From the sequence record NC_028780.1: DNA of 64,000 bases, one strand, 5' to 3'. This document shows positions 1 to 18,300 of the stretch, piece by piece. The notes under the pieces are model-generated. The model ran no database searches, was not told the DNA's origin, and saw nothing but the letters and a program-made list of their open reading frames with translations. A program made the translations under genes and the position numbers. Position 1 is the first letter of the stretch. Each line of letters begins with the position of its first letter. The stretch comes from Escherichia phage slur07.

Positions 1-391
<391 letters not shown>

Positions 392-398
392 ATTCATT

Positions 399-890
399 TT
401 ATTCCCAATAATCGAGAGCAAGAGTTACTTCAAATGTTTGGATTTCATTGTTTGAATCCCAATCTAATTGAAGTTCACCCACGTTAGTAGGCCACAGACC
501 TTTAATTTCAATTTCTTTTGTTACTGTTTTAGCGTCACGAGCATATTGACGAACGATAGCGCTCTTTTTATACTCTGCAGGTTTTCCACCAGTAATTTCG
601 TTTCCTTGTCCCGCAGCAATGCTTTGCCAATCAACGAACTTCTGGCGAGCATCATGAGCTTCATCGTTCATTACTGTAACAGTCCAGTCATCGAATGTAC
701 GATCGCCTGCTACGTTAATTTTACGGTTCATAAATCCGACTGGAATTTTTTCTACAATACCAGCTGGTAAAGCAGTGGCTTTACATTGAAACGTAAAATT
801 TTGTCCAAGATAAGAAATTTCTACTTGGAATAAGTTAGGTCGCGCAAAATCACCCGATTCAAACGCGCGTGTTACATCATCTACAAACAT
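399..890 (-). CDS. 19: tail tube protein gp19
   Basis: 163 aa ORF (MFVDDVTRAFESGDF...), same length as T4 gp19; late promoters just upstream. Confidence 0.9.
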   Translation of the reverse strand: MFVDDVTRAFESGDFARPNLFQVEISYLGQNFTFQCKATALPAGIVEKIPVGFMNRKINVAGDRTFDDWTVTVMNDEAHDARQKFVDWQSIAAGQGNEITGGKPAEYKKSAIVRQYARDAKTVTKEIEIKGLWPTNVGELQLDWDSNNEIQTFEVTLALDYWE

Positions 891-904
891 ATTAGCCTCT
901 GTAG

Positions 905-912
905 TATTTATA
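905..912 (-). promoter_or_regulatory. T4-type late promoter (TATAAATA) for gene 19
   Basis: Exact TATAAATA on minus strand 15 nt upstream of gene 19 ATG; SD GAGG between. Confidence 0.6.
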
Positions 913-963
913 TCCCTATGTTTAACCTAGGGCATATAGAATTAAAGAATTAAGGATATAGTG

Positions 964-971
964 TATTTATA
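964..971 (-). promoter_or_regulatory. second late promoter motif (TATAAATA) in the 18-19 intergenic region
   Basis: Exact TATAAATA on minus strand adjacent to hairpin 973-990. Confidence 0.5.
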
Positions 972-972
972 T

Positions 973-990
973 GGCCTGTCGAAACAGGCC
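973..990 (-). terminator. hairpin in the 18-19 intergenic region
   Basis: GGCCTGT-CGAA-ACAGGCC, 7-bp stem, downstream of gene 18 stop. Confidence 0.45.
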
Positions 991-1006
991 TTTAGAATGC
1001 ACCGTA

Positions 1007-2986
1007 TTAACCTGCAAGACCAGTTAACTCATCGAAGTCTGCGCCAGTAGCAGTTGCTACGAAGTTTAAGGTAATGTAGTTAATGCTTCTAGCCGGTTGG
1101 ATGTAGAATGTTGCAACAAACTCATTTCTATCAATTACTGACGGAGTATTATTTGTTGTATCGCAAACTACACGATATTCATAAATTCCACCGAGAGCTT
1201 TAATTCCCTGTAAGTACTGGGCAGTTTCTGTGCGGAATGATGAACGAGTAAACGCGTTGTTTAATTCGAACAAACGATATTTTGAACTACGTCCGATATT
1301 CGTTTTCAACATATTAAACAGACGACGAACGTTAATACGATCAAACGGAGAAGGAACAGAAGTAGCTGTTTTATCACCATACAATACGTAACCATCACCA
1401 CCTGTACCAGTTACTGGGTTGATAGCTTCTTGATATAAACGGTCGCGCTGAGCTTGGCGAGTTTCAATAGCCAGTTTAATAACGTTAAGAATCTGACCAC
1501 GATTATAACCAGCTGGAGACATCCAAGTCTGAGATACGTTATCAGTTCTTGCGCATAAACCAGCAATATCAGCTGCTAATGGAACCCAACGATTCACATC
1601 ATTATATTTGTCATACTGATACTTATAGTTACCATCAATTGCTGCGTAGGTTGAACTGATATTAAAGTTATTATCAGTGTATGAACCTGCTGCAGTTCTC
1701 CAATTGACTAAGTTATCAACAGCACGAGTTACAGGAATTCCAACTACAGTTTCACGCGGAGGAGAGCATAATACTAAGCAATCTTGGCGAGCATCCCCAA
1801 TTGAAACGACGTGTTTTTGGACAGTAGATGCTGTTTCTAAAGATTCACCGGCACAAGAACCCGCAATAAACAGCTGAACGTCAACAGATTCACGGTCAGC
1901 AAAGAAGTCCCAAGCTTCCATCAAATCTCCTGCTGTTACTTCAGCATTTGATGATAATCCACCAGACAGAGTTAAAATTCCAGAGAAGCCTTCTGGCCAG
2001 TTTTGTGCAGTTGCAAAAATATATTCTGAGCCACCTTTTGCGAAAAAGTCATCGATATAGATGTTACTATCGTAAATATCTTTTTCACCACGCTTAGTTG
2101 AAAGAACAACGCTTTGAACAATAGCATCATTACGACGAACTATAATAGCGTACTGTGAATCAGTTTGTGGTCCATATCCAAACACTGCTTTAGCAGTAGA
2201 TGCACGAGTACCACCACCTGGATAAATTGGGAGTAATGCAGAAGCTCCTTTTGCATAGTCAGCTTTAGATACGATTTCAATTTCAATTTTATCGCCTAAT
2301 TCGCCTGGATAAAGAGCTACTACTCCTGGAATTCCATATTTTTCGAGATTTGCTTGAAAGTCAACAGCTGTCATAGCAGCTTCGGCATTTTCAATTTCAG
2401 CTAATAAAATACCAGAATCAGTAATAATTTTTCCAAGAGTTATTACTGCAGCTAAACCAGAGGAAGACGAAGAAATTTCCGCAGTCCAGTTAGAACCTAA
2501 TGCTGGATATTCGCCTACTTCTTTCGCTTTAGCGATAATTTTTGCGGTAGGAATATTAATTTTCTTAATTTTTCCATCAGCATCTACTTCAGTAATTTTA
2601 CCTTCTGTTTCAACATCTTCTGAAACATACTTAACAGTGATTTTATCTCCAACCGCGTAGTTACTACCTGGGGTAGAAATAGTGTATTCAATATTACCGG
2701 CAATCGGAGATGAGTTTTTAGCGGTATCTCTATCGACAGCACGCACAACTCGCAAATCATTTCCGTATTGTAAGAAATTCATTGCAGACATAAAATAGTC
2801 AGCAGTTTCAGCTGTAGGTTGACCAAAAGTATTAACTAAATCTACTTCATTTGTAACCTGTTTAATTTGAAAAGCAGGACCCCACTGGAATTTACCGGCC
2901 AAAGCTGCTGTACCAGTAGAGTTATTAACCACGGTGCTTTGAACCGTAGTTTCTTTGAGCTCAATGCCCGGAGATAATAAAGTCAT
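1007..2986 (-). CDS. 18: tail sheath protein gp18
   Basis: 659 aa ORF, same length as T4 gp18; synteny 19-18-17. Confidence 0.92.
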   Translation of the reverse strand: MTLLSPGIELKETTVQSTVVNNSTGTAALAGKFQWGPAFQIKQVTNEVDLVNTFGQPTAETADYFMSAMNFLQYGNDLRVVRAVDRDTAKNSSPIAGNIEYTISTPGSNYAVGDKITVKYVSEDVETEGKITEVDADGKIKKINIPTAKIIAKAKEVGEYPALGSNWTAEISSSSSGLAAVITLGKIITDSGILLAEIENAEAAMTAVDFQANLEKYGIPGVVALYPGELGDKIEIEIVSKADYAKGASALLPIYPGGGTRASTAKAVFGYGPQTDSQYAIIVRRNDAIVQSVVLSTKRGEKDIYDSNIYIDDFFAKGGSEYIFATAQNWPEGFSGILTLSGGLSSNAEVTAGDLMEAWDFFADRESVDVQLFIAGSCAGESLETASTVQKHVVSIGDARQDCLVLCSPPRETVVGIPVTRAVDNLVNWRTAAGSYTDNNFNISSTYAAIDGNYKYQYDKYNDVNRWVPLAADIAGLCARTDNVSQTWMSPAGYNRGQILNVIKLAIETRQAQRDRLYQEAINPVTGTGGDGYVLYGDKTATSVPSPFDRINVRRLFNMLKTNIGRSSKYRLFELNNAFTRSSFRTETAQYLQGIKALGGIYEYRVVCDTTNNTPSVIDRNEFVATFYIQPARSINYITLNFVATATGADFDELTGLAG

Positions 2987-3014
2987 TTTTAATCCTCTTT
3001 AATATGCTTTAATA

Positions 3015-6155
<3,141 letters not shown>

Positions 6156-6196
6156 GATTTCTCCTAATCTGGGCTTTAATTAGTTTATAATATTTA

Positions 6197-7898
<1,702 letters not shown>

Positions 7899-7910
7899 TT
7901 AAAATCCTTT

Positions 7911-7926
7911 GGGGCCTTGCGGCCCC
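7911..7926 (-). terminator. hairpin in the wac-13 intergenic region
   Basis: GGGGCC-TTGC-GGCCCC, 6-bp GC stem. Confidence 0.45.
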
Positions 7927-7929
7927 ATG

Positions 7930-9393
7930 TTATGCTGGTGATAAAAAGGTAGAAAGCAATACCCATTCGCCGTCTTTACGAACGTAAGCTTGCCCATCTC
8001 TTGGCGCTTCAGGAATATAACCGGCTTCTTGGAGAGCTTGAACATCGCCTTGTAAAGAAGATATATTGCCTTTAGCTGTATTCACTTCTTGTGTAACTGA
8101 TGCAATGTTGGTTTCGTTAGCTTTTATTGAATTGGTTAATCCGCGTTCTTCAACAGTTGAACCGTTTGGATTAGTTCCATTTACTAAAGTATTTAACGCT
8201 ACAACTTGCCCTTTAATTCCTGTGCTGTTATTACCAATCTCTACTTGTAGGTTTTGAACATCATTATTCAAGCCTGAAACAGAAGTTTCAATTGTAGAAA
8301 CTCGGTTTAAAAGAGACCCAGGAGGAGAAGGTTGTCCACCACTAGAATCAGTTCCAACAATTTGGTTTAACCATGAAACATTCGCTCTTAAACCAGATGA
8401 AGTGTTTTCACCGACGATTCCATTTAGAGATTCGATTGAAGTTGTATTATCTTTGATTTGGCCTTTAATACTTGAAGGAATATCGTCTGATCCAATAGAA
8501 GTTTCAATAACGGTTAAACGCTGTTTAATACCTCCACTTTGATTTAGCTCTAAATTAATAGATGCAATATTATCAGTGTTTGTATTAACACTCGTGATAA
8601 TCGAATTATTTCCTGGATATCCTATTGAGGTATTAATAGCACTAATGTCAGACTCAACTGTTGTCTGTTTAGTGTCAATTTCATTTAAACGACTGTAAAC
8701 GTTCTGTGAAAATGACGGTGGTTTTGGTCCAAGCTCTTCGCGAAGATTACCAACTTCAATAGTCAAAGAACCTACATCAGATTCAATAAATTTTGTTTCT
8801 AATTCGCTTAAACGTATTCCCTGTGAAGTAATGACATCAGTATTATTAATAATGCGATGCTTCATTCCACTACTAGGATTTCCTACAACAGGAAGACCAT
8901 TAATATCTTGACCTGTGTATTGTCCAAGTTCACGCTTTATCCATAGTAAATCATTTCTGATCGTTCTGTATACAGAGTTGGCCTCGGAGTTAAATGGACC
9001 AATATCAGCAAGAATGCTGTCAACTGTACTATTAGTCCCATTTAATATTTCTGTATGTTCACTGGTTAGCGTTTTAAGGTCAGAAATATCATTTTTATTG
9101 ATACTTATTTGGGCCAAAGCTTCAATATCACCAGATACATCTAAGATGCCCTGAATTGTTTTAATATCACTATTTGCGGTTTCTAAAGATGTTTTAAGTA
9201 TTCCAATGTTTTTATCAAGAACTTCAACATTTCTTAGTACAGAAACTGTAGGTCTATTCATTGAACCTTCGCTTCCATACTGTGTGTCAGCTCCTAATAT
9301 TTCTTCGCCGTTTTTAATCCAGGAAATGCGGCTCTGGCCCTCTGCAGGAGGGCCGTCAACGAATGGTAAGTCATTCAGTACAATATCTGTCAT
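7930..9393 (-). CDS. wac: fibritin (whisker antigen control)
   Basis: 487 aa; heptad-rich; C-terminus [27 protein letters not shown] is the T4 fibritin foldon. Confidence 0.93.
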   Translation of the reverse strand: MTDIVLNDLPFVDGPPAEGQSRISWIKNGEEILGADTQYGSEGSMNRPTVSVLRNVEVLDKNIGILKTSLETANSDIKTIQGILDVSGDIEALAQISINKNDISDLKTLTSEHTEILNGTNSTVDSILADIGPFNSEANSVYRTIRNDLLWIKRELGQYTGQDINGLPVVGNPSSGMKHRIINNTDVITSQGIRLSELETKFIESDVGSLTIEVGNLREELGPKPPSFSQNVYSRLNEIDTKQTTVESDISAINTSIGYPGNNSIITSVNTNTDNIASINLELNQSGGIKQRLTVIETSIGSDDIPSSIKGQIKDNTTSIESLNGIVGENTSSGLRANVSWLNQIVGTDSSGGQPSPPGSLLNRVSTIETSVSGLNNDVQNLQVEIGNNSTGIKGQVVALNTLVNGTNPNGSTVEERGLTNSIKANETNIASVTQEVNTAKGNISSLQGDVQALQEAGYIPEAPRDGQAYVRKDGEWVLLSTFLSPA

Positions 9394-10973
9394 TCTTTTA
9401 CCTTAATTATGTAGTTTAAAGAAATGTTCCATGGACGTGTTTCATTTCCAATTAATTCAGGGCGATTTAACGTATATTTGGAATTTCGCTGCGATGCCGG
9501 GTCAATTTCATATCCATCATTGGTGAAGTATGAACGGTTATCCCAGTCAAGTCCTTTACGTGTACCAACAAAATTTGATCTACGGGTATTACCGAATGCC
9601 CCAGAATCATCATGCTCACCAAATCCACCAGCATGTTTATGATAAGACATCTGCTGTTTCTGTACTTCACCAACATATCCACCAGTACAACCTACACCTA
9701 ATCTAGGTTTACCAAATTGGTCATTACCATTAACATTTGGATTTGTTAAGTGAGAGCCACGACCAGAGCCACGAACAAAAAGACCACGCATGTCAGGCAA
9801 TCCAGGATTTGATGAGCTTCCGCCATATCTTGTTCCAATTCTAGAAGCATATAATGGACAATCTGACGCTGAAACAGTTCCACCGTGGCAAAAACGCCAA
9901 GCATCACTAGGAAGACTATCAGCGGCCCACATCATAATAGCTCCGACAGGAATAGTTCTATCAATTTCATTTTGTGTTACGACACGCTTACCTTGAATAT
10001 AACCACCGGTCATGTTAACTGTTCCGGTAATATTTGCTCCACCTGAAGCTATTGTAAGCGTGTTATTAATGCGAAGTGTTCCATTGATAGTTTGACCGCC
10101 TCTTTGGTGGATAACGTCAGCATTCCAAGCTAAGGCTGATGAAGCATCTCCTCCACTCTGTGAACCGGCCGTTGTTGTTAATCTAACTACGCCTCTCATT
10201 GACGTTGTAGAACCACGACCATTAAGAGTTGCGCCAGTAACCGCAACAGAAGCATTATTCGAGTTAACTTCTGATTGTGTTCCTAATTTAATTACGCCTT
10301 TATATTCTTCAGTAGCAGATGAATTCATAAACGTATAAGGAGAAATTGCATAGCCTTCTCTCAAAGTTCCCTGACGAACCTGCGCTACTGTTGCTAATTG
10401 AACAACACCTTGGTCCGATTCAGTAGCTGTGGTTTCAGAAGGAGCAATTTGCGCAATTAATTTAATAGCTAACTGCTGTGTTTTTAATGGAGTCATTGCA
10501 GTAGTATCATCTGCACCAGCTAATGCTTGCGGTAGAGATGAAATTTTAATAACACCATTCGAGGATTCAGTTGAAACTCGTGTTTCAAACGCATTATTAA
10601 GAGCAACAGTAAATTTAGCTGGAGTTATAGAAGATTCATTATTAACTCCGGCAATGGCTTCATCATTGGTTGAATATCTTGTTAATCCGTAAACAGTTTC
10701 AGTTGCGTTTGGATATGATAATCTTGTTGCCAACGTTGCTGGTGTAACTGCTTTGGTATTATTAGTTCCATCTATAACTTCCTGTTCAGTGGCAAGAAAT
10801 AAAATTCCCTTTGTTGTTGACGATGCATCAGGAACTCCATTTACGCCAGCAGGAGAAATGGCTGCTATAGCAGCCTGAACATCAGTAATCTCTGGTGGAA
10901 AATTCGTATCGGTAGGATCAAATTTTACATAACGAGATTCATTAGAAACGTGTTGATATGTATTATTACTCAT
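9390..10973 (-). CDS. 12: short tail fibre protein gp12
   Basis: 527 aa, T4 gp12 length; start [20 protein letters not shown]; ATGA overlap with wac. Confidence 0.92.
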   Translation of the reverse strand: MSNNTYQHVSNESRYVKFDPTDTNFPPEITDVQAAIAAISPAGVNGVPDASSTTKGILFLATEQEVIDGTNNTKAVTPATLATRLSYPNATETVYGLTRYSTNDEAIAGVNNESSITPAKFTVALNNAFETRVSTESSNGVIKISSLPQALAGADDTTAMTPLKTQQLAIKLIAQIAPSETTATESDQGVVQLATVAQVRQGTLREGYAISPYTFMNSSATEEYKGVIKLGTQSEVNSNNASVAVTGATLNGRGSTTSMRGVVRLTTTAGSQSGGDASSALAWNADVIHQRGGQTINGTLRINNTLTIASGGANITGTVNMTGGYIQGKRVVTQNEIDRTIPVGAIMMWAADSLPSDAWRFCHGGTVSASDCPLYASRIGTRYGGSSSNPGLPDMRGLFVRGSGRGSHLTNPNVNGNDQFGKPRLGVGCTGGYVGEVQKQQMSYHKHAGGFGEHDDSGAFGNTRRSNFVGTRKGLDWDNRSYFTNDGYEIDPASQRNSKYTLNRPELIGNETRPWNISLNYIIKVKE

Positions 10974-11629
10974 GCTGTTCTCTCAAAATGATAAAGTACT
11001 GTAGGAGTCTGCTGATTATCTAAAGTTACAGTTTGTGCGCCTAATAAATTCCATGTACCGTAGCCAGGTTTAGACTCAGAAATAATTTCCTGCGAAATAG
11101 TTATTCCATATGTAGAATATGTGCTTAATACATGTTTTTGATTGTCTAAATAAGTAACTTCTAATTTACTACCATCTGTTGGATGGTCTTTATATGAATT
11201 GATAGCAGTAAATGACGCAATAGCTTCTTGTAGTGCAACACGAACTTTGGCAACAAACTCGATAGCTGTCATTCCGGTTGTTGCTGAAACTGGAAGACCA
11301 AATACTAATACAGTAACAGGAGAACCAGGAGGAAGCGAATCATCTGTCACAGTTCCTGAAAATGCCCAATAATCAGTTTGAGAAACGCCCTCAGGAGAAA
11401 CACCAGTTTTATTAGTAATAATTGTACCAACGTCTTTTATAGAAAAATTATGAACGTCATTAATAGCTGATTCTACGTTTGGTTCATAAAATCCTTTCGC
11501 TAATTGAGAAATTGTCACTGACCCAACTGATTGACGATTCATTACATCTATATTACCAGCTTTAGGTCTAAAACCAAGAAAATCGGCTAAGCGGGAAATA
11601 ACTCCCGCTTTATTATTAAGTAAACTCAT
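10970..11629 (-). CDS. 11: baseplate wedge / short tail fibre attachment protein gp11
   Basis: ATG at 11629 gives a 219 aa product ([19 protein letters not shown]...), the T4 gp11 length; the ORF track extends 6 codons further upstream. Confidence 0.85.
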   Translation of the reverse strand: MSLLNNKAGVISRLADFLGFRPKAGNIDVMNRQSVGSVTISQLAKGFYEPNVESAINDVHNFSIKDVGTIITNKTGVSPEGVSQTDYWAFSGTVTDDSLPPGSPVTVLVFGLPVSATTGMTAIEFVAKVRVALQEAIASFTAINSYKDHPTDGSKLEVTYLDNQKHVLSTYSTYGITISQEIISESKPGYGTWNLLGAQTVTLDNQQTPTVLYHFERTA

Positions 11630-13437
11630 TATGCAATCCTTATCCAACGATAAACTGTAATATATGGTTGAATGTTAGTTATTGATGTTGGCGGAGTGTG
11701 AGTAGAGTTAGTAGATGCTTTAGCTTCACGGTATTTAGTGTAGATTGGACCGGATTCATCTGGATCGTATTGACACCCACCAACAATGACTGATCCATTT
11801 TCATCAACTATTAGAACTTCTTCATCTGTTTCAGTTGCAGGAAGATTAGCATTTTCCAATGTAATAGAAGTAGAACCACCTGTTCCACCTGCAGTATGCG
11901 AAGGATTTCCGCCAGAATCTAAATCGTTGTTATTTAGAGCAAAATTCGGATCCGAAATATCTTCATTCCATCCAACTAAAACTTTTCCTTGCCCAAATAA
12001 TTTCCATGAGCCAAATCCCATATATGTAACAGGGTTGTTTGGATTAACAGCGTTTTCATATATAGTTCCAATAGGATAAATCGTATCAAAGATATTTGAA
12101 ACAGCATTAAATTCGCGTTGATAAGATTGAACTGCTTCTACATTTGGCCAACCAATTTTATCGAAGTCTGTTAAATTTACATCACCAGAAATATCTACTC
12201 CCGGTCCTTGAGATACATAAAGATTATCAGTTTCATCAATAATCTCGTCTTTTGTTAATAATGTGCCTAAATCATTATTAAACCAGGTGATATTGATAAT
12301 GTCACCATGCTCAAATACTCTATCGAAATGTAAAATTTCCGGTATGCCGTTTTCATCAGTTTCAATTGAATAATCGGTATGAGATTGTTCCCAAGTTCCA
12401 CCTAAAACAGAGCATTCTACTTCATCGTCTGAATCGGCACCAACACAATGAAATAATGGCATTCCAACTGTGCCAGCTAATTCCTGCAAAATTCCATTAA
12501 AACGAACCTCAAGAGAGTTAGGATTAATAGGTTCTCCTGGAATTAATCCAAAAGCAGAAAATGGAATTGATTTCATTGTTGATAAATCAGTAACGTAAAT
12601 ACTTCCTTCTAAAGAAGTTTTTGACGTTAATTTTGAATCTAACAATCTAATTTGACGTCTTGTATATGAACTTCTCCACTGCGATACACCATCCATAAAT
12701 GTTTCAATTTGAACAGTGTCACCAATATTACAAGGCTGTCTTAATCGAATATTAAATCCATCAAGAGGAACTAGTTCTCCTTCATTTTCGCCCGGAGAGC
12801 CAAAATCGCTGTTTTCGCTAAACACATCGCCGTAATACAATTCGTTACCACGATGTTTTACTCTGATGTTATTTACATTATAACTGGTTCCACGGAAAAC
12901 ATCTAAAAAGTCTGTTTGTCCTTGGACTTCGACTAAAAATTCTTTACGAGCTACATTACTAATGTCTGAACTGGTAATTTTGTCAATTTGTTTATTTTTG
13001 ACATATTCCCAACGTCCTGGGGCACAATACACTAGTTCTAAATCGCTGAATTGAACATTAATTTCAACTGGTACTGCAGACCCTTTAATCGTATCGCCGG
13101 AAGCAGCTACTAGTGTAACTGGGTTGACGTTCCATGTAGCAAATACGTCTCTAGCTCTAATTACCTTGTTGTAATCATTAACTGTGCCCTTTGGAAGATT
13201 TATAGTCACTCTTCCAGAAGATGTATTAATAGCGTATGATTTTCCCCATTCTGCTGTTAATGTTTGTCCTGATGAAGCATTATAAGTTTTCCAGGCACCG
13301 GCTGAATATGGAACATCACCATCACCGAGTTCATAATAAAGCTCATCAAAGTTTTCATTTATTTTTATACCACCTTTACGCAGGTAGTCACCGGTACCAT
13401 CATCTACAACATTACCGATATTAATATTTTGTTTCAT
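11629..13437 (-). CDS. 10: baseplate wedge protein gp10
   Basis: 602 aa, T4 gp10 length; synteny. Confidence 0.9.
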   Translation of the reverse strand: MKQNINIGNVVDDGTGDYLRKGGIKINENFDELYYELGDGDVPYSAGAWKTYNASSGQTLTAEWGKSYAINTSSGRVTINLPKGTVNDYNKVIRARDVFATWNVNPVTLVAASGDTIKGSAVPVEINVQFSDLELVYCAPGRWEYVKNKQIDKITSSDISNVARKEFLVEVQGQTDFLDVFRGTSYNVNNIRVKHRGNELYYGDVFSENSDFGSPGENEGELVPLDGFNIRLRQPCNIGDTVQIETFMDGVSQWRSSYTRRQIRLLDSKLTSKTSLEGSIYVTDLSTMKSIPFSAFGLIPGEPINPNSLEVRFNGILQELAGTVGMPLFHCVGADSDDEVECSVLGGTWEQSHTDYSIETDENGIPEILHFDRVFEHGDIINITWFNNDLGTLLTKDEIIDETDNLYVSQGPGVDISGDVNLTDFDKIGWPNVEAVQSYQREFNAVSNIFDTIYPIGTIYENAVNPNNPVTYMGFGSWKLFGQGKVLVGWNEDISDPNFALNNNDLDSGGNPSHTAGGTGGSTSITLENANLPATETDEEVLIVDENGSVIVGGCQYDPDESGPIYTKYREAKASTNSTHTPPTSITNIQPYITVYRWIRIA

Positions 13438-14303
13438 TATTGAGCCACCCCGATTTTCTGCGTAGCGATAACTTTAACTGCTGCTCTCATACCGACAGTT
13501 GAAGAACTTATAGTCGCCGTTACGTAATTTTCTTTAATACTAAATGCAATATTAGCGATTTCGTCTTCTTCGGTTTCATTCCCAACTCGCATGACAGCAT
13601 ATTCAGAAGAAATGACCTCTGAATTAACAGTATCCACAAGAATATTTATTTCTGCTGTTTTAATTTTTCTTCCATCTACCGATTGGCATGTAACTAGTAA
13701 TTTAGCCATATTGTATTCAGTGCGATGAAATAGTGGAATATCAACTGATCCAGATGTAGAAATATTCCATGTACCTTCAGCTGGTGATTCCTTTTGTCCA
13801 AACATACTTTCAATAGAATAATTCCAAACCGACGTAGAATTATCAGATGAAATACAGCGTAAAGTTACTTTACTATATGGACTAGTTACTACTAAATTAC
13901 CCGAAACACCTTTAATTGAATCAATAGCTTGAATTGTTAAAGGATTAGTAACTGATATTGATCCATTTGAGTTAATGAATTCAACACAATCGCCGAGTTC
14001 GCCTCTTTCAATGATAACTTTAACACCTACAGTAGAGGTATCAATATCATGTCTAGTGCCAACTTTCACTGGAGTTGCATACTCTGCAATAGAGTGTTTT
14101 TGATAATATCCAGTAGCATGGATAATTTGACCATCTGCTCCGGTGCCATTTGCTACTGCCATTTTACGTTGATCGCCAAACGCATTATAAATTGCGTTAA
14201 AATCACTATTAATTTTATTACCACCGTCGAATAAGATATCACCAGTAGAAGCGTTACCAATTTCGCCGGTATCAATCAATTTCTTTGGTTCTTGAATGAA
14301 CAT
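13437..14303 (-). CDS. 9: baseplate wedge protein gp9 (long tail fibre socket)
   Basis: 288 aa, T4 gp9 length; late promoter and terminator hairpin upstream. Confidence 0.9.
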   Translation of the reverse strand: MFIQEPKKLIDTGEIGNASTGDILFDGGNKINSDFNAIYNAFGDQRKMAVANGTGADGQIIHATGYYQKHSIAEYATPVKVGTRHDIDTSTVGVKVIIERGELGDCVEFINSNGSISVTNPLTIQAIDSIKGVSGNLVVTSPYSKVTLRCISSDNSTSVWNYSIESMFGQKESPAEGTWNISTSGSVDIPLFHRTEYNMAKLLVTCQSVDGRKIKTAEINILVDTVNSEVISSEYAVMRVGNETEEDEIANIAFSIKENYVTATISSSTVGMRAAVKVIATQKIGVAQ

Positions 14304-14327
14304 AGCGGTTTCCTTATGAGTTTATAG

Positions 14328-14335
14328 TATTTATA
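14328..14335 (-). promoter_or_regulatory. T4-type late promoter for gene 9
   Basis: Exact TATAAATA on minus strand between terminator 14336-14361 and gene 9 ATG. Confidence 0.6.
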
Positions 14336-14361
14336 AAGAAAAAGGGAGCCCATGGGCTCCC
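14336..14361 (-). terminator. rho-independent terminator downstream of gene 8
   Basis: 18-nt palindrome GGGAGCCCATGGGCTCCC followed on the minus strand by TTTTT, then a late promoter for gene 9. Confidence 0.6.
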
Positions 14362-14366
14362 TTAAT

Positions 14367-15371
14367 TTAAAATGTAAACAGAATATTGATTTCTTCTGTT
14401 TGATCCATTGCCATGATAATAGGTGGCCTATTTTCCATATAAATCATTTCGCCCGAATGCCTCATTAAATCTTCCGGATCATAATAATCCTTTTCAGCTT
14501 TAACGTTTGGGTCATTTGGATGAGCTTTAGCTTCAAGAGGATTCGTGATTATTGATATTTGTCTAAATCCTTTATTTCCTGGCAATGCAGCTTCAGGAAA
14601 ATAAACTGAATCTAAATATGCTTTAAAACGGATAGTATTTGCCTTAACACGGTAAATTAATCCAAAATCATCTTGCTGCCAAGTGAGATTATCTTCATAT
14701 CCCCATCTAGTCGGGTCTTCTTTTAATTCCTCAGGCCAAGGAACCACGATATATTCATTCGTGCATCTATTTATAGATACATCAGGCGGAATCTCAAATA
14801 GATATTCCCAAACATATCCGTCCCCAGGTTCAATTGTTCCTTCAGCATCTCCTCGACCTTCAGGAGGAGTCATTGACCTAGCAGAAGGAGTCCATTTTCC
14901 ACCTAACTTAAGGCATTCATCCTTATCAGTTAAAGATGCGATTGAACACATTCCGGTATCAGGAACATCTAAACAACGATATACTAACCAGCCTGCGCCT
15001 GATTCAGTAGCGTTGTAAGGAGCTGAGTTACACACTACAATATCGTTAATTCTAAATGTGTATGGATCCGGATATCTAGTATCTCCCCAATCTCTACGAG
15101 GAATAACAGCATCAAGCATTGATGGAAGAACCTTTACTGTTCCCATCATATGCGTCCACATGTCAGTTACGCCTAATACAGAATCGGTAGGATAAGGTGG
15201 GGCAAAGCCCACCTCATTTTCATTTGATGACCATGGTTCTGATCTTCCAAATGTGATAAAGATAGTGTTTTTATCCGGACCACTTCCAATTGAATTATAA
15301 AAATTCAACATTTTTTCTGTTCTAAATTTTGAAGTAACTATCGCACGATAGATAACACTTGAATCATTCAT
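14367..15371 (-). CDS. 8: baseplate wedge protein gp8
   Basis: 334 aa, T4 gp8 length; synteny. Confidence 0.9.
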   Translation of the reverse strand: MNDSSVIYRAIVTSKFRTEKMLNFYNSIGSGPDKNTIFITFGRSEPWSSNENEVGFAPPYPTDSVLGVTDMWTHMMGTVKVLPSMLDAVIPRRDWGDTRYPDPYTFRINDIVVCNSAPYNATESGAGWLVYRCLDVPDTGMCSIASLTDKDECLKLGGKWTPSARSMTPPEGRGDAEGTIEPGDGYVWEYLFEIPPDVSINRCTNEYIVVPWPEELKEDPTRWGYEDNLTWQQDDFGLIYRVKANTIRFKAYLDSVYFPEAALPGNKGFRQISIITNPLEAKAHPNDPNVKAEKDYYDPEDLMRHSGEMIYMENRPPIIMAMDQTEEINILFTF

Positions 15372-18300
15372 CTATTTTAACCTGTGTTGGATTTTCAGGG
15401 TCTCTTGGATTTCCTATATTATCTTTTAGACGTTTATTAACTAAATCTCTAAATTGCGCAAATGTTGTTCCAGATGCATCAAATAAAGGACTCATTAATT
15501 TACGTCGTTCAGACGGCAATTGACCTTGAAATATTGAATTGTTATTTTCAGCATTATAGTCATCAGGAAGAGGATATTCTACACCAGCCATTGGGCCAGG
15601 CTCATAAATTGCTTCGCCTGTTACCGAATCATGCTCAATTTCACCAGTTGGAGTCAATTTAGCTACTCTATCAGCATATTCAGTAGGCAATCCAGAATCC
15701 CATTTATAGTTTTTGTATTTATTAATTATAGTCTCTGTATGTTTAAGAGTTAAACCAACATTAATAAACATTGTTAAAAGGGTAATTGCTATAAATCCAA
15801 ATCCTACTGGATGAACAAAACGAATAACGTCAGATTTCCAGCGGGAAGAAGGTAAATTGGATTTAATTTTCATTACATAGTATGATCTACTTCTATTAAT
15901 ATAGTCTATATTGTTTTGAAGCAAATCCTTTCCTTTAACCCCACGAATAATTTCGCCTTCAAAACTAGGGAGTCTTTCTGCTTTAACTTCTTGACCAGCA
16001 ATTAATCGTCCTAAAAGATTATGAATAGTTACGGTCCATTGCAATTTACCATTAGAATAGCTTCTTTCTATATAAGTAACATTACATCTTCCTGTTGCCG
16101 TATAAATCGTTTGTCCTACTAAATCTTCAGTCAAAGAATCAGATTGAACAATTATATCATATTCAGTACCAGCCCCAGATTCAATTTCAATTTCAACTTC
16201 TTCATTATAAAGAACTTTAAAAAGAAATTTGTATGATGCTTCAATTCCTTTAGTAGAATAAAAATCATAGCTACGTGATTCAAAGAATCTTGCAACAGCA
16301 TCGCGTTTGTCAGCATTTAAATAAATGTTTCTTTTATATATCTCTGACCACAAATATTCCCATGCATGCTCTTCTCGTGGATATTGGTTACGAATTAAAT
16401 TTCGTAAATTGTTATACTGAGTTCCATATCCATCAGAAAGATATTGAATATATGCTTCGCAAAATGCTTCAAAATTCGAATCCTGTAACAAATAAGAATC
16501 AGGCATCATTGTGCCAATTAATGGTCTTAAATCAGGGTCAGCTAATCCACGCTCTTCTTCTGGTGACCAAGGAGTCTCATGCTCTTGGTTTTGTAAAAAT
16601 GCTTTTAAAAATACTTCAGTTGGCTTCCAAATAATTTCTACTGTATCTCTCACACGATAGTTAAAATCATAGTAAGAAATTATTTCACCGGAGGCTTTGT
16701 AGAAAAGCATTCCTGATGCGTATTTTTTAAATCCAGTGAATTTGACATTTGGCATTACTATAGTGCAATCACCATCATCCCAGTATTCATGAACTAATCT
16801 ATCTGGTGATGTTTCCGGAATATTTTCTATAACTTTAGTGTATTTTAAATCGGCATAAACTACTACAGCTCTATCAGAGTTGTTTATCCAACAACGTGTG
16901 TTAGATTTTTTAGACCAGTTAAAGAACGGTTCTGCGTAGTATTTCATTGGTTGAGGAGTAAAAGTCTCCCAATCAGATTTTTCATCCGCTATAAATGCCA
17001 TCATATGATAATGCTTATCAGCTAACCATTCACGAGGAAATTCATATTTAACAGCACCGATTAACTGATATTTTGCTGCAGTTTCAGGGTCATTAACAAC
17101 ATTATCGCTTAAAAATTTAAAATTACTCGAAGACAGAGAAACTAATTTACCGTCAGTTGACATATTCGCATATCCGGGTTGAATACGTCTTCTTTCTTCT
17201 TCGGTATTACCAAAAACTCTTTTCCATGTTTTTTCATCATGATTTAAAACATATATTCCTTTATCAGCAGAATCAATTATTTTTGATGTTCTCGGATTAG
17301 CATTCAATGTTTCAACTTCACCAATAATAAGAGCAAAAACTTTATCACCGATAGAATCCATTTTATAGCATACTGCTTTAGGATTTCCAGTTATAGTCAT
17401 GGTATCAGGTTCAAAAAGTCTTTCCGAATATGTTGGAGATAATGGATCAGAATCTATAGGTGCATTACTCGTTTTTATGTATCTAACTTTGTCTCTGGCG
17501 ACAACGTAAATGTAATCATCGGTGCAAGTAATAGCTTCTGCAATGCGGTATACATTCGCTGGTAAAGTCGCATAAGTGGCAAAAATTTCTACATCAAATC
17601 CTAAATGTAATTGGTCGCCAAGTTTAGCGAATGTTATATCCTGAGAACTAAATCTGACATCGTCAGCTGACCATCTAACATCAGTCGATTTGCGGCCATA
17701 GAAAATCTTGTCGTATCCTAGAACGTATGTTGTGTTCGCAGATTGGTAATATACTGTCTTAGATAAAGGATATCCTACGCGGTCATTGAAGAGCTTTACA
17801 GCTTTCCAAGTTTGTCCTTTATCATTGGATACTTTAACTACGGGTTGATAGCGCTCAAAAAGATATAGAATCCCTTCTGATTCCATCAAATAAACACGGT
17901 TAATATCCTTACATACTTGCTGAATAGAACCTTGTATTTCATGATACTCATTTTCACCAATAATAAAATTACTTATTGATGAAACATCAACATATGATGG
18001 GCTGAATTGGAACGATTCATTCATCAATGCAGCCATTATAGTGTCATTATTAAAATTAACATAATCAGAATTATTAAGAGTAAATTTTTCCTGAATGAAT
18101 TTATTGGCTAATTGCATTTCAATCATGTTTTGAAATGTATAAGCATTTGTAGCAAAAGTTTCAAACTCTTCTGTATAAATCCAGTCAGACTGCTCAAAAT
18201 CTTGCGCAGCTGTGGCTACTCTAATAATGTATGTTGTTAATGGATCAGCATCATCAAAAAAGAAACTATTATTTGCTGTATATCCTAAATTAATCCAACG

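Noticed and set aside
468-770. Plus-strand ORFs from the six-frame track lying inside the minus-strand late genes (for example 468-770, 1677-1877, 4437-4634, 8915-9154, 10429-10692, 14683-15018, 16275-16634, 22540-22749)
   Set aside because: All are antisense to long ORFs whose lengths and sequences match T4 structural proteins. They have no SD or promoter context and low-complexity products, so they are frame artefacts.
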